The translations under genes and the position numbers were made by a program. A stretch of DNA of 43,920 nt, taken from a virus (taxonomy: Duplodnaviria; Caudoviricetes). The notes below the pieces were generated by a model. The model saw only the letters and a list, made by a program, of their open reading frames with translations. It searched no databases and was not told the DNA's origin. Positions 8,460 to 16,346 of the stretch are shown here, piece by piece; position 1 is the first letter of the stretch; each line of letters begins with the position of its first letter. Location of the stretch: the IMG/VR virus record IMGVR_UViG_3300015201_000001, positions 1 to 43,920 of that record. The stretch is one strand, 5' to 3'.

Positions 8460-9679
8460 CCTCCGACCCGTTCGAGAAGCTGGGTGCCGATGGGGCGTGG
8501 GTGCGTAGCGCGCCCGCGCCATCGGACCCGTTCCTGACGCTGCCCAGCCAGGTGGTGTCCGCCCCCGCGATGGTGACCGCTGGCCGCTACCGGCTGCCGA
8601 ACCGGGACGGCTCCGCGCACAAGGGCGGCTGGACCCGCGCCACCAACCTGGCCAGTTCGATCAGCGACACCAAGGCCCTGGGTGACTGGGAGTGCCGGAT
8701 GGTGCTGCTGGGGGTCCGGGAGTCGCTGGCCAGCCTCCAGATCGTGGGCGTCCTTCAGCTCCCCCAGGAGCTGGCGCGGCTGGTGTCGATCCCCATCGAT
8801 GACCTGGAGCCCAAGGAGATCCGCCACCAGCTCATGCAGATGGTGGACGTCTTCAAGCGGCTGGCCAAGGCGGAGCTGGGGGCGCAGCGCGGCAACATCG
8901 CGCACAAGATGGTGGAGCACCACCACGCGGGCATCCCCAACCCCACCGGCGTCCCGGCGGAGACGCTGGAGAAGCTGCCCAGCTACGTGTCCCGGCTGGC
9001 CGTCCACAAGCTGCTGGCACTGCCTGGGATGCAGGAGCGGCAGGTGATGGTGGAGTCCCTGAACAGCGTGGGGACGCTGGACAACATCCTGCGGGACCTG
9101 CTGAACACCTGCTCTACCTGCGGCGGGTCCGGTGGCAGCACGGACGAGAGCACCGGCGGCCGGTGTTGGGACTGCCGGGGCGGCGGCTACATCCTGCCCG
9201 AATCCGACTTCATCGCGGACCTGAAGACCCAGAAGCGCTTCTGGTCCTGGCTGGAGATCGCTTGCCAGCTTGCCCTCTACGCGCACGGGGACGCGATGTG
9301 GGACCCGGTCAAGGCCGTCTGGACGGACATGCCGCCGGTGAACCAGGAGGTGGCCCTGGTGGCGTGGATGCCGTGGGAGCACCCCAGCGGCAACCCGGAG
9401 GTGGACATCTACCAGGTGGACATCAGGAAGGGCTGGGACGCCCTCCAGGTGGCACACCAGGTCTACGGCATCCGGGCCGCCAGCAAGGCCAAGGGCGACC
9501 CGTGGGGCTGGATGCGGCCCATACCCAGGGTCGGACTGGTGGAGGCGTACGGCGCCCGCCTGCGGGACTGCGTCACGGCTCAGGAGGCCAGCGCCGTCTA
9601 CGCGGAGGCGGAGGCGGCTGGCGCCTGGGGTCCGGAGCTGGAGCAGGTTGCCCAGGAAATACTCCCCCGGTTCTGTTGA
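8456..9679 (+). CDS. PD-(D/E)XK (RecB/Cas4-like) exonuclease
   Basis: RGNIAH, QERQV, GTLD...IADLKT, QLALYA motifs; GTGA overlap. Confidence 0.82.
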   Translation: MTSDPFEKLGADGAWVRSAPAPSDPFLTLPSQVVSAPAMVTAGRYRLPNRDGSAHKGGWTRATNLASSISDTKALGDWECRMVLLGVRESLASLQIVGVLQLPQELARLVSIPIDDLEPKEIRHQLMQMVDVFKRLAKAELGAQRGNIAHKMVEHHHAGIPNPTGVPAETLEKLPSYVSRLAVHKLLALPGMQERQVMVESLNSVGTLDNILRDLLNTCSTCGGSGGSTDESTGGRCWDCRGGGYILPESDFIADLKTQKRFWSWLEIACQLALYAHGDAMWDPVKAVWTDMPPVNQEVALVAWMPWEHPSGNPEVDIYQVDIRKGWDALQVAHQVYGIRAASKAKGDPWGWMRPIPRVGLVEAYGARLRDCVTAQEASAVYAEAEAAGAWGPELEQVAQEILPRFC

Positions 9680-9705
9680 CAGGCCCCCGGAGCATCAACT
9701 AGTGT
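9676..9705 (+). promoter_or_regulatory. SigA-type promoter
   Basis: TTGACA-18-TAGTGT; predicted start near G9713. Confidence 0.75.
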
Positions 9706-9712
9706 TCTTCTT

Positions 9713-10170
9713 GTAAGGCAAGCGGGACGGGAAGCGGGATCTAGGTAGACCGGGTAGTCGAGGAACCGGGCACCGAAAAGGGTGGTTCTCCACCCCTGCC
9801 GAAGCTGATCGAAATGCAGACATGAGGGCGCGTAGCCCGCTTGCCCTACACTCAGACAGCCAGGCAGGCAGGACACACACAACGTGGCCCGCCAGGGCAT
9901 GGTCCTCAGACCTTGCCTGGCGCATACTTGAATAGGTGACGCGTCAACGGGCACAATATCCTCAGTCAGCGGCGTGGGCTGGGGGGATCTCCACCCTAAG
10001 GCTGGTCATGATCCATCCGGTAGTCAGTGCAAAGGCTGCCGGACCGGGGAGCCAGACCTGCGCAATGTCACCGGAGCCGTGAACAGGACCGCAGCCCGCA
10101 AGGTCGCGACGGCCAGCACACCGGGGTCAAGCCCCCGGCACGGCACGCGGGCAAGCCGCACACTGCAAGG
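9713..10170 (+). ncRNA. Putative structured noncoding RNA or long structured leader
   Basis: No credible ORF; nested helices 9717-9726/9836-9845, 9859-9868/9911-9921, 10017-10025/10034-10042 and 10076-10081/10139-10144. Confidence 0.6.
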
Positions 10171-10187
10171 TCCTAGGAGGACACAGC

Positions 10188-10733
10188 ATGAGTAACGACC
10201 CGTTCGCCAGCGCTTCCGCCGGTGCCGCCTCGTCCGACCCGTTCGGTAACAAGCCGTCTGAGATCAAGACGTCGGACTTCCCGAAGATGGACGAGCTGTC
10301 CGGCAAGCTGCTGGTGATCCAGCCCACCAAGCTGGAGCGCGTGATCAACCGCTTCGGCAAGGAGGGCGACATGCAGGACCGCGTCACGGCCGACGTCACG
10401 GTCATCGACGTGGAGAACCCCAAGGCCAGCAAGACCCACGTGGACATGTACCTGTCCCAGGGCGCGCTGGTGGGTCAGGTCAAGGGCTTCATCCCCACCA
10501 AGGGAATGCTCCTGGGCACCCTGCGCCGTCACCCGGCCAAGGGCACCCCGGACGCCACGCCCAAGACCCAGACTCCGATCACGGGGCCGGACAGCGTGGA
10601 CCTGCTGATCCAGGAGTGGCTGGGGCTGGGTGCGCCCGGCAGCAAGCCGCAGTTCGCCTGGAAGCTGGCGGACTTCACGGCCACGGAGAAGGACGTGGCG
10701 CTGGAGTGGTTCCGGGCCAAGGCCCAGGGCTGA
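10188..10733 (+). CDS. Probable single-stranded DNA-binding protein
   Basis: AGGAGG RBS; beta-rich 181 aa next to the exonuclease; function inferred from context. Confidence 0.55.
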   Translation: MSNDPFASASAGAASSDPFGNKPSEIKTSDFPKMDELSGKLLVIQPTKLERVINRFGKEGDMQDRVTADVTVIDVENPKASKTHVDMYLSQGALVGQVKGFIPTKGMLLGTLRRHPAKGTPDATPKTQTPITGPDSVDLLIQEWLGLGAPGSKPQFAWKLADFTATEKDVALEWFRAKAQG

Positions 10734-10813
10734 TCTAGCCGCACGGTAAGCGAGGGCGGAGCGCACCGGGGGGCGCGCTCCGCCCTTACCATGTCGAGCA
10801 CAAGGAGGTCTCG

Positions 10814-11263
10814 ATGAGCACCCTGGGAAGACGGAGCTGGGGCTGGTGGAACAGCCCGGACATGCTCCCCCTGGAGATCCAACTGTCCAACCTGCCCCTT
10901 GACCCGCCGGTGCGCAGTGCCCGTAAGAAGGGGCCGCGCGGCACCAGCGACAAGACCGGACAGGGCACCCGCAACAAGATCCGCGCAGCTCTGCTGAAGC
11001 GCTGGGGGCCGTACTGCCACCTGTGCCTGGTGTGGGGGGCCACCCAGGAGCAGGCGCTGATCGACCTCACGCTGAAGTTTCCGGAGCTGGAGTGCTTCAC
11101 CCGTGACCACGTCAAGCCGCGCAGCCTCAAGGGCGCGGTCCACGCGGTGAGCAACCAGCGTCCGGCGCACAACCGGTGCAACACCTTCCGGGGCAACAAG
11201 ACCATGGACCAGGTAGCGAGCGTCCGGCCGCCGTGGCTGGAGCTGAACGAGGAGGCACAGTGA
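10814..11263 (+). CDS. HNH endonuclease
   Basis: CHLC...TRDHVKPRSLKG...SNQRPAHNRCN. Confidence 0.85.
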   Translation: MSTLGRRSWGWWNSPDMLPLEIQLSNLPLDPPVRSARKKGPRGTSDKTGQGTRNKIRAALLKRWGPYCHLCLVWGATQEQALIDLTLKFPELECFTRDHVKPRSLKGAVHAVSNQRPAHNRCNTFRGNKTMDQVASVRPPWLELNEEAQ

Positions 11264-11967
11264 CAGGACGGCTGATCACCACGATGCAGGACCTGCGGCC
11301 CGGAGACCAATTCCTGGGGCCTATCGGGGGCTGGGTAGGGGTAGGTGTGGGTCTGGGCCTGGACGCGCTGGGAGAGGCGTTCAGGGCGGGCGCGCTGGAC
11401 ATCAAGCACGCGGGCATGTTGGTCCCCGGCCTGCTGCCCGGCGACCCGGTCCGGCTGGCCCAGGCGATGCCCCACGGGGCGGAGATCGTGGACCTGGACC
11501 CGGCCAAGCACTGGACCGAGAAGTGCGCCTACGTCCGGCTGCCGGAAGACTACCCCGGCCAGGCGCTGGACGCGGCGATGATCGCAACCCTGATGGTGCG
11601 CGAGGGCGTGGACTACGGCTTCCTGAGCTATCCGGCGCTGGCGGCCTACAAGTTCGGCGTCCGCAACGAGCGCCTGCGCAACTGGATCAACCGGCGCCGG
11701 GACCCGGTCATCGTGGACTGGCCGTCCGGCCGCCGCAAGGAGGCCACGGTGGCGCTGCCGGTGGAGGCCATCTGCTCCGTGTTCAACGACCAGTGCGAGA
11801 CGCTGGCGGGCAAGGACCTGGTGGACAACACCCACCCGCAGGCGGTCACCCCCGGCAAGCTGGCGGACGTCCTCTCGACCTACGACGGCGCGGTCTGGGC
11901 GCGGCCCCGGGGGATCAACCTCCCGGCCCGCACCTGGCGCATCAACGGTGAGGGCGACTACTTCTAG
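11260..11967 (+). CDS. Permuted papain-like (NlpC/P60, YiiX/YaeF-type) hydrolase
   Basis: LRPGD...KHAGM (His) precedes DYGF...ICSVF (Cys)...VTPGKL. Confidence 0.7.
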   Translation: MTGRLITTMQDLRPGDQFLGPIGGWVGVGVGLGLDALGEAFRAGALDIKHAGMLVPGLLPGDPVRLAQAMPHGAEIVDLDPAKHWTEKCAYVRLPEDYPGQALDAAMIATLMVREGVDYGFLSYPALAAYKFGVRNERLRNWINRRRDPVIVDWPSGRRKEATVALPVEAICSVFNDQCETLAGKDLVDNTHPQAVTPGKLADVLSTYDGAVWARPRGINLPARTWRINGEGDYF

Positions 11968-11972
11968 GGATC

Positions 11973-12013
11973 ATGGGGCACCTGTTGACACACCAGCAGG
12001 TGCCCCGTACCGT
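11973..12013 (+). promoter_or_regulatory. Promoter with operator inside a long inverted repeat
   Basis: TTGACA(11985)-17-TACCGT(12008); stem 11973-11987/11994-12008. Confidence 0.8.
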
Positions 12014-12039
12014 AGGCAGTGAGTCAAGGAGAGGTGAGC

Positions 12040-12243
12040 ATGGAAGACCTGGAGCTGTACGCGGAGCTGCGCCGGACGCTCGATCACCACACGGAGCAGG
12101 TGAACAACGGCTGGCACCCGGTGGACATGGCGCAGGACCTGACGGACCGCCTGGAGCGGATGGCCAGCGTCCTTGCGGGGGTCCAGCCGGACCCGATCAA
12201 GGGTGGGGCGTTCCGGCCGATGTCCCCGGAGCCGTGGCTGTGA
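12040..12243 (+). CDS. Hypothetical protein
   Basis: GAGGTG RBS; alternative GTG start at 12019. Confidence 0.7.
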   Translation: MEDLELYAELRRTLDHHTEQVNNGWHPVDMAQDLTDRLERMASVLAGVQPDPIKGGAFRPMSPEPWL

Positions 12244-12479
12244 TCGAGAAGATGACCGCCGTCAGCGTCTGGCTGACCCTGGGCCCCGTGGTCCACCTGT
12301 GCCCGTCGACCGAGGGCCACGTGGGGGTCACCTACGAAGAGACCATGCACCTGCTCCGCCAGCACGAGACCATCAAGGGCCGCACGATCGACACGGACAC
12401 GATGGAGCCGCTGGCCCGGGTAGCCATCCCGTTCCACGCGGTCGCCATGGTCACAGAGACAGTGATCGAGAGGGGGTGA
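12240..12479 (+). CDS. Hypothetical protein
   Basis: GTGA overlap; 79 aa. Confidence 0.65.
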   Translation: MIEKMTAVSVWLTLGPVVHLCPSTEGHVGVTYEETMHLLRQHETIKGRTIDTDTMEPLARVAIPFHAVAMVTETVIERG

Positions 12480-12547
12480 TGAGGATGCGCAAGGACATCG
12501 ACTGGCACGTGATCGGTGAGCCGGACGGGGACTACGACTGGAGCTGA
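12479..12547 (+). CDS. Possible 22-aa peptide
   Basis: TGATG coupling; ends just before a terminator. Confidence 0.4.
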   Translation: MRMRKDIDWHVIGEPDGDYDWS

Positions 12548-12566
12548 CCTGGGGGTCGGCACCGGA

Positions 12567-12600
12567 AGCCGGGGGACTTCAAAAGTCCCCCGGCTTTCCT
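12567..12600 (+). terminator. Rho-independent terminator
   Basis: AGCCGGGGGACTT-CAA-AAGTCCCCCGGCT followed by TTCCT. Confidence 0.8.
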
Positions 12601-12611
12601 CTGTCCAGGGG

Positions 12612-12640
12612 TAGACAGCTCACCTGTTGACCCGTAAACT
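12612..12640 (+). promoter_or_regulatory. Promoter of the transfer-like operon
   Basis: TAGACA-17-TAAACT; contains TCACCTGTTGACCCGT, identical to 4884-4899. Confidence 0.65.
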
Positions 12641-12723
12641 GGAGTTGCCCCGCCGGACCGGGGCGGAGATCCAGTCCCCTGGTCCGGTGGGATCAAGCCC
12701 CCGACTCACCCGAGGAGTACGCC

Positions 12724-13578
12724 GTGAACTTCACCCCCGCCCAGATCAAGGCAGGCCGCCGGTGGGCCTACGTGGTCATGCTGGCCATGCTGGCGCTGTC
12801 CATCGCTGGCAACGTCAGCCACACTCTGCACGTCAACCCGGACCCGTCCGTCCGGTCCCTGGTCTACGCGATCTTCTGGCCGCTCATGGTCTGGGCCGGT
12901 GTGGAGCTGTTCGTGCGGGTGCCGTGGCAGCCGATCCTCAGCCACCGGCTGGTCCGCTGGGGCGGCATCCTCACGGCCGCCAGCGTGGCCGCCCTGGTCA
13001 GCTACAACCACCTGTCCGGCCTGCTCCAGGCGGACGGTGAGGACCTGGTGGTCTACCGCGTCGGCCCGCTGGCCATCGATGGCCTGATGCTCATGGCCAC
13101 CCTGGGCCTGCTGCTGACCCGCCCGGTGGCCCAGGCCGTCCAGGGGCTGCCCGCCCCGTCCACGGCTCACCTGGAGGCGTCCGTGGCCCAGGCCAACGAG
13201 ACCATCACCCGGCTGCTGGACGAGCTGGACCGGGCGCAGCAGACCACCGTTGCTGAGCTGACCACCGCGCCGGTGGCGCAGTCCCCGGACTCGCAGATGC
13301 TGCTGGCGGACCTGCTCCCCGTGCCGGTGTCCCCGGCCACCCAGGCAGTGCCGATGACCACCTACGGCCCGGTGCTGCCGCTGGCGGGCTGGGAGGCCCC
13401 CACCGCGACCGCCACCAAGACCCGGACCCGCGCGGCAGCCTGGGACGAGGACCTGGCCCGCAAGCTGCTGATCGAGGGCAAGACCAAGGCTGAGGTGGCG
13501 GAGGCCGTGGACGTGGCCCCCAAGACCATCCAGCGCCTGCGTGCCCGCATGGTCAAGGCCGGGGAGCTGGCGGCATGA
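12724..13578 (+). CDS. DUF2637/SpdA-like membrane protein with C-terminal HTH
   Basis: Four hydrophobic segments, SIAGNVSH, VSYNHL and GPLAIDGLM motifs; C-terminal KAEVAEAVDVAPKTIQR HTH. Confidence 0.75.
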   Translation: MNFTPAQIKAGRRWAYVVMLAMLALSIAGNVSHTLHVNPDPSVRSLVYAIFWPLMVWAGVELFVRVPWQPILSHRLVRWGGILTAASVAALVSYNHLSGLLQADGEDLVVYRVGPLAIDGLMLMATLGLLLTRPVAQAVQGLPAPSTAHLEASVAQANETITRLLDELDRAQQTTVAELTTAPVAQSPDSQMLLADLLPVPVSPATQAVPMTTYGPVLPLAGWEAPTATATKTRTRAAAWDEDLARKLLIEGKTKAEVAEAVDVAPKTIQRLRARMVKAGELAA

Positions 13579-13979
13579 CCGATCAGGATGGCGTCAAGGT
13601 CATCCGGTGCACCTGCCCCGCTCCGGCGGGGCAGGTCTGCCCCGTCCCCCATGACCGCTGGCTGGGCCGGTTGCCCGCCGTGGTGCCGATCAGCGAGGCG
13701 TACCCGTGTCTGTGCGACCGCCGGGGTTGCCAGCCCCAGTGGTGCAAGTGCGCCGGACGGGTGGACCTGGAGAACGTCCCCCAGTCCTGCTGCGCCCACC
13801 GCTTCACCCCGGACGTGGTGGCCAGGGCCATCCACGGCGGGGACTACAAGACCTGTTGGTGCAAGGGACAGATCGAGCGGCACAAGACGGAGGCCATGAC
13901 CCGGGACGCTGAGCGCCTGGCGCGCCTGGAGGTCGCACGGGCCAAGGGCCGGGACAAGGACGAGGAGGACGGATCATGA
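13575..13979 (+). CDS. Cys-rich hypothetical protein
   Basis: ATGA overlaps on both sides; CTC, CLC, CKC, CC and CWC motifs. Confidence 0.7.
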   Translation: MTDQDGVKVIRCTCPAPAGQVCPVPHDRWLGRLPAVVPISEAYPCLCDRRGCQPQWCKCAGRVDLENVPQSCCAHRFTPDVVARAIHGGDYKTCWCKGQIERHKTEAMTRDAERLARLEVARAKGRDKDEEDGS

Positions 13980-15712
13980 GCAAGAAGGACCGCTACCGCG
14001 CAGAGTCCTACCCGCTGCCGCCAGGCTTCAACGGGCGGCTGGCGCTGCCCTACCGGTGGTTCAGCGGGCAGCCCCTGAACGGCCACCGTTACACGGACGC
14101 CACCGGCTTCCGCTACGGCACCACCGGCCTGGACCCGTCCGGCCACGCCAACGCCTACCAGCTCCTGCCCGGCTACAAGCGCTTCCTGTACGTGCGCCTG
14201 CCGATCACCCTCTCCCCGGCGGCAGCGCTGGGCGCCTACCTGGAGCCGGTGCCCGCCACCATGGCGCTGACGGCCGCCAGCCTGTACGGCTTCCGCGCCG
14301 TGGGCAGCTACTGGGAGCGCCGGGTGTTCCGCCGGGAGGTGGTCGAGCCGGTGGCCATCGGGCTGTCCGGCGTCATGAAGAAAGGCCACGTCAAGGGCAA
14401 GGGTCATGAGTGGGTCCTGGTCCCGGAGGACTTCAGGGACACGGAGGACGCCTTTATCCGGGTCCGCCTGCCCCTGGACTGGCTGGCGGAGAAGGGGGAC
14501 AGGGAGCGCCTGGTGGCCATGGTCGCCAGCCGCTTGTCCATCGAGGACCTGACCCCCACCTGGCGGATGGAGCGCGGCAAGTCCTGGGTGGACCTGAAGG
14601 TCCCGCCCAAGCCGCCGCGCCTGGTTACCTTCCAGGAGGCCAAGGCGGACATGGAGGCGGCCAACGAGGACGGCCCCGTGATGGGCTACGGCCCCCGGGG
14701 CAAGCTGGTCACGTTTGAGCTGAAGCTGGAGTCCCCCCACCTGCTCATCGCTGGCGGGTCCGGCGCGGGCAAGTCGGAGCTGATTGCCGCGATCGTGGCG
14801 CAGTTCATGCGCTGGGGCTACGGCGTCCTGGTCCTGGACGCGAAGTTCACCAGCCACATGTGGCTGCGGAAGGTCCCGGGGGTCAGCTACGCCAGCGAGG
14901 CGGAGGAGCTGCACGACTCGCTGATCTGGCTGGATGAGGAGCTGCTGCGCCGTGCCCGCATGGTCAGCAGTGCTGCCGACCCGAAGGCCGCCAGCGCCAG
15001 CCTGGTCCCGCTGGTCGCGGTCCTGGAGGAGATCAACGGCGCCACCAACCGGCTGAGGGCCTACTGGAAAACGATCAAGGGCCCGGAGGACCCGATGATG
15101 AGCCCCGCGCTGACCGCGATGGGCAACCTGTCGAGCATGGGCCGGGAGCTGCGCATCCATATCATCATGGCCGGGCAGAGCGTCACGGCCAAGGCCAGCG
15201 CGGGCGCGGAGAACCGGGAGAACTTCGGCGCGCGGGGCCTCGCGCGGGCGACCGCCGCACAGTGGCGGATGCTGGCGCCCCAGATCAAGCCTGCTCCGAC
15301 GAAGCGCGGGGCGCCGGGTCGCTGGCACCTTGTGGTGGGTGACGCATTGAGGGAACTCCAGGCACCCTTCATGGACCTGAAGTGCGTGATGTCGGAGAGC
15401 GCGGAGGCGGATCTCATTGGTTGGGCAACAGGCGGTCAACCGATCCCGGACGTTGCCGCCATGATCCTGGAGGCGGGGGTGGGGGGTGGTCGATTCGATC
15501 ATGTTCCCAGCTCCGACCCACCCACCCCCCAGGGAATCAGCCTCCGGCTGTACGCCGATGAGGCGGGCCTGGAGCTGTCCACCCTGAACAGGTGGCGCGA
15601 GAGGCGGTCAGACTTCCCTGTTGAGGTGTCAATCGGTGCGCGGGGCACGAAGCTGTACGACCGTGACCACCTCCGCGCGTACGTGCGTGACCGCCAGCGC
15701 GAGAATGCGTGA
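13976..15712 (+). CDS. FtsK/SpoIIIE-family DNA translocase, actinomycete plasmid Tra/TraB-like
   Basis: N-terminal hydrophobic segment; SPHLLIAGGSGAGKS Walker A, VLDAK, VAVLEE Walker B, MGRELRIHIIMAGQ, RENF, PGR; C-terminal HTH. Confidence 0.85.
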   Translation: MSKKDRYRAESYPLPPGFNGRLALPYRWFSGQPLNGHRYTDATGFRYGTTGLDPSGHANAYQLLPGYKRFLYVRLPITLSPAAALGAYLEPVPATMALTAASLYGFRAVGSYWERRVFRREVVEPVAIGLSGVMKKGHVKGKGHEWVLVPEDFRDTEDAFIRVRLPLDWLAEKGDRERLVAMVASRLSIEDLTPTWRMERGKSWVDLKVPPKPPRLVTFQEAKADMEAANEDGPVMGYGPRGKLVTFELKLESPHLLIAGGSGAGKSELIAAIVAQFMRWGYGVLVLDAKFTSHMWLRKVPGVSYASEAEELHDSLIWLDEELLRRARMVSSAADPKAASASLVPLVAVLEEINGATNRLRAYWKTIKGPEDPMMSPALTAMGNLSSMGRELRIHIIMAGQSVTAKASAGAENRENFGARGLARATAAQWRMLAPQIKPAPTKRGAPGRWHLVVGDALRELQAPFMDLKCVMSESAEADLIGWATGGQPIPDVAAMILEAGVGGGRFDHVPSSDPPTPQGISLRLYADEAGLELSTLNRWRERRSDFPVEVSIGARGTKLYDRDHLRAYVRDRQRENA

Positions 15713-15791
15713 TCAACAACCCTTGACACTGGGGCGGGTCCTGTTGGAAGATAGACAGGTCCCGCCCCATCAACCACCCGGAGGCCAACCG

Positions 15792-16346
15792 ATGAGCTAC
15801 CGCCGCCCCACTAGCCGCCGCAGCCAGCGGGGGGTCTTCCACAAGGCCCGCCCCAGGCGCCGGGTGAACCGGGACTGGTGGGTCCGGACCACCGAGGAGA
15901 TCTACGTCTACCGGACCCGCAAGCCCTGGGCTCCGTTCGGCATCCGCTGGCTGAGCAGGCATTTTGGGTATGGCGGCCGGACCGTTGACCCGAAGCGCCG
16001 GGACCGGGAGCACCTGGTGGGCGGACCAGGCCGGTTCGGCAACAAGCCGCCTCAGCCCTGGTCCGACCTGGAGCCGGAGCGCTTCGTGGTCTTCAAGCTG
16101 AAGTCCCGGACGCGGCTGGTCACCCACCTGCTGGAGGTCCTGGTCATCCGGGGCCTGATGTGCGTCTACAACGACAAGCTCAACAAGCTCAATCCGCGCC
16201 GCATCAGCCTGCGCCGCGCCCGCGTCCAGCGTGTCCTCCGGGACAAGTACGGCCGCGCGGCGATGGCCGGGGAGCTGGTGGGCCGCTGGCTTCTTGTCCT
16301 CGCTGGCTACCTGCTGGCGTCCTACGTCTGGAGTGTCCTCTCATGA
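15792..16346 (+). CDS. GIY-YIG-like nuclease with C-terminal membrane anchor
   Basis: IYVY...GYGGRT..PKRR..EH...LE..I...YN; hydrophobic C-terminus; GGAGG RBS. Confidence 0.6.
   Translation: MSYRRPTSRRSQRGVFHKARPRRRVNRDWWVRTTEEIYVYRTRKPWAPFGIRWLSRHFGYGGRTVDPKRRDREHLVGGPGRFGNKPPQPWSDLEPERFVVFKLKSRTRLVTHLLEVLVIRGLMCVYNDKLNKLNPRRISLRRARVQRVLRDKYGRAAMAGELVGRWLLVLAGYLLASYVWSVLS

Noticed and set aside
9800-9820. Hammerhead ribozyme core (CTGATCGAAA)
   Set aside because: No stem II between the CUGA and GAAA elements, so the core cannot form as written.
10076-10148. Canonical tRNA gene
   Set aside because: No TTC T-loop, no recognisable D arm or 7-nt anticodon loop, no CCA; kept only as tRNA-like.
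9695-10195. Short ORFs in the intergenic region (9695-9925 -, 9598-9954 -, 9974-10195 +)
   Set aside because: No convincing RBS, atypical codon use, and no translational coupling unlike real genes here.
13976-15712. FtsK-type genome packaging ATPase
   Set aside because: The genome already encodes a terminase and portal, and the gene sits with Spd-like membrane genes away from the virion module.
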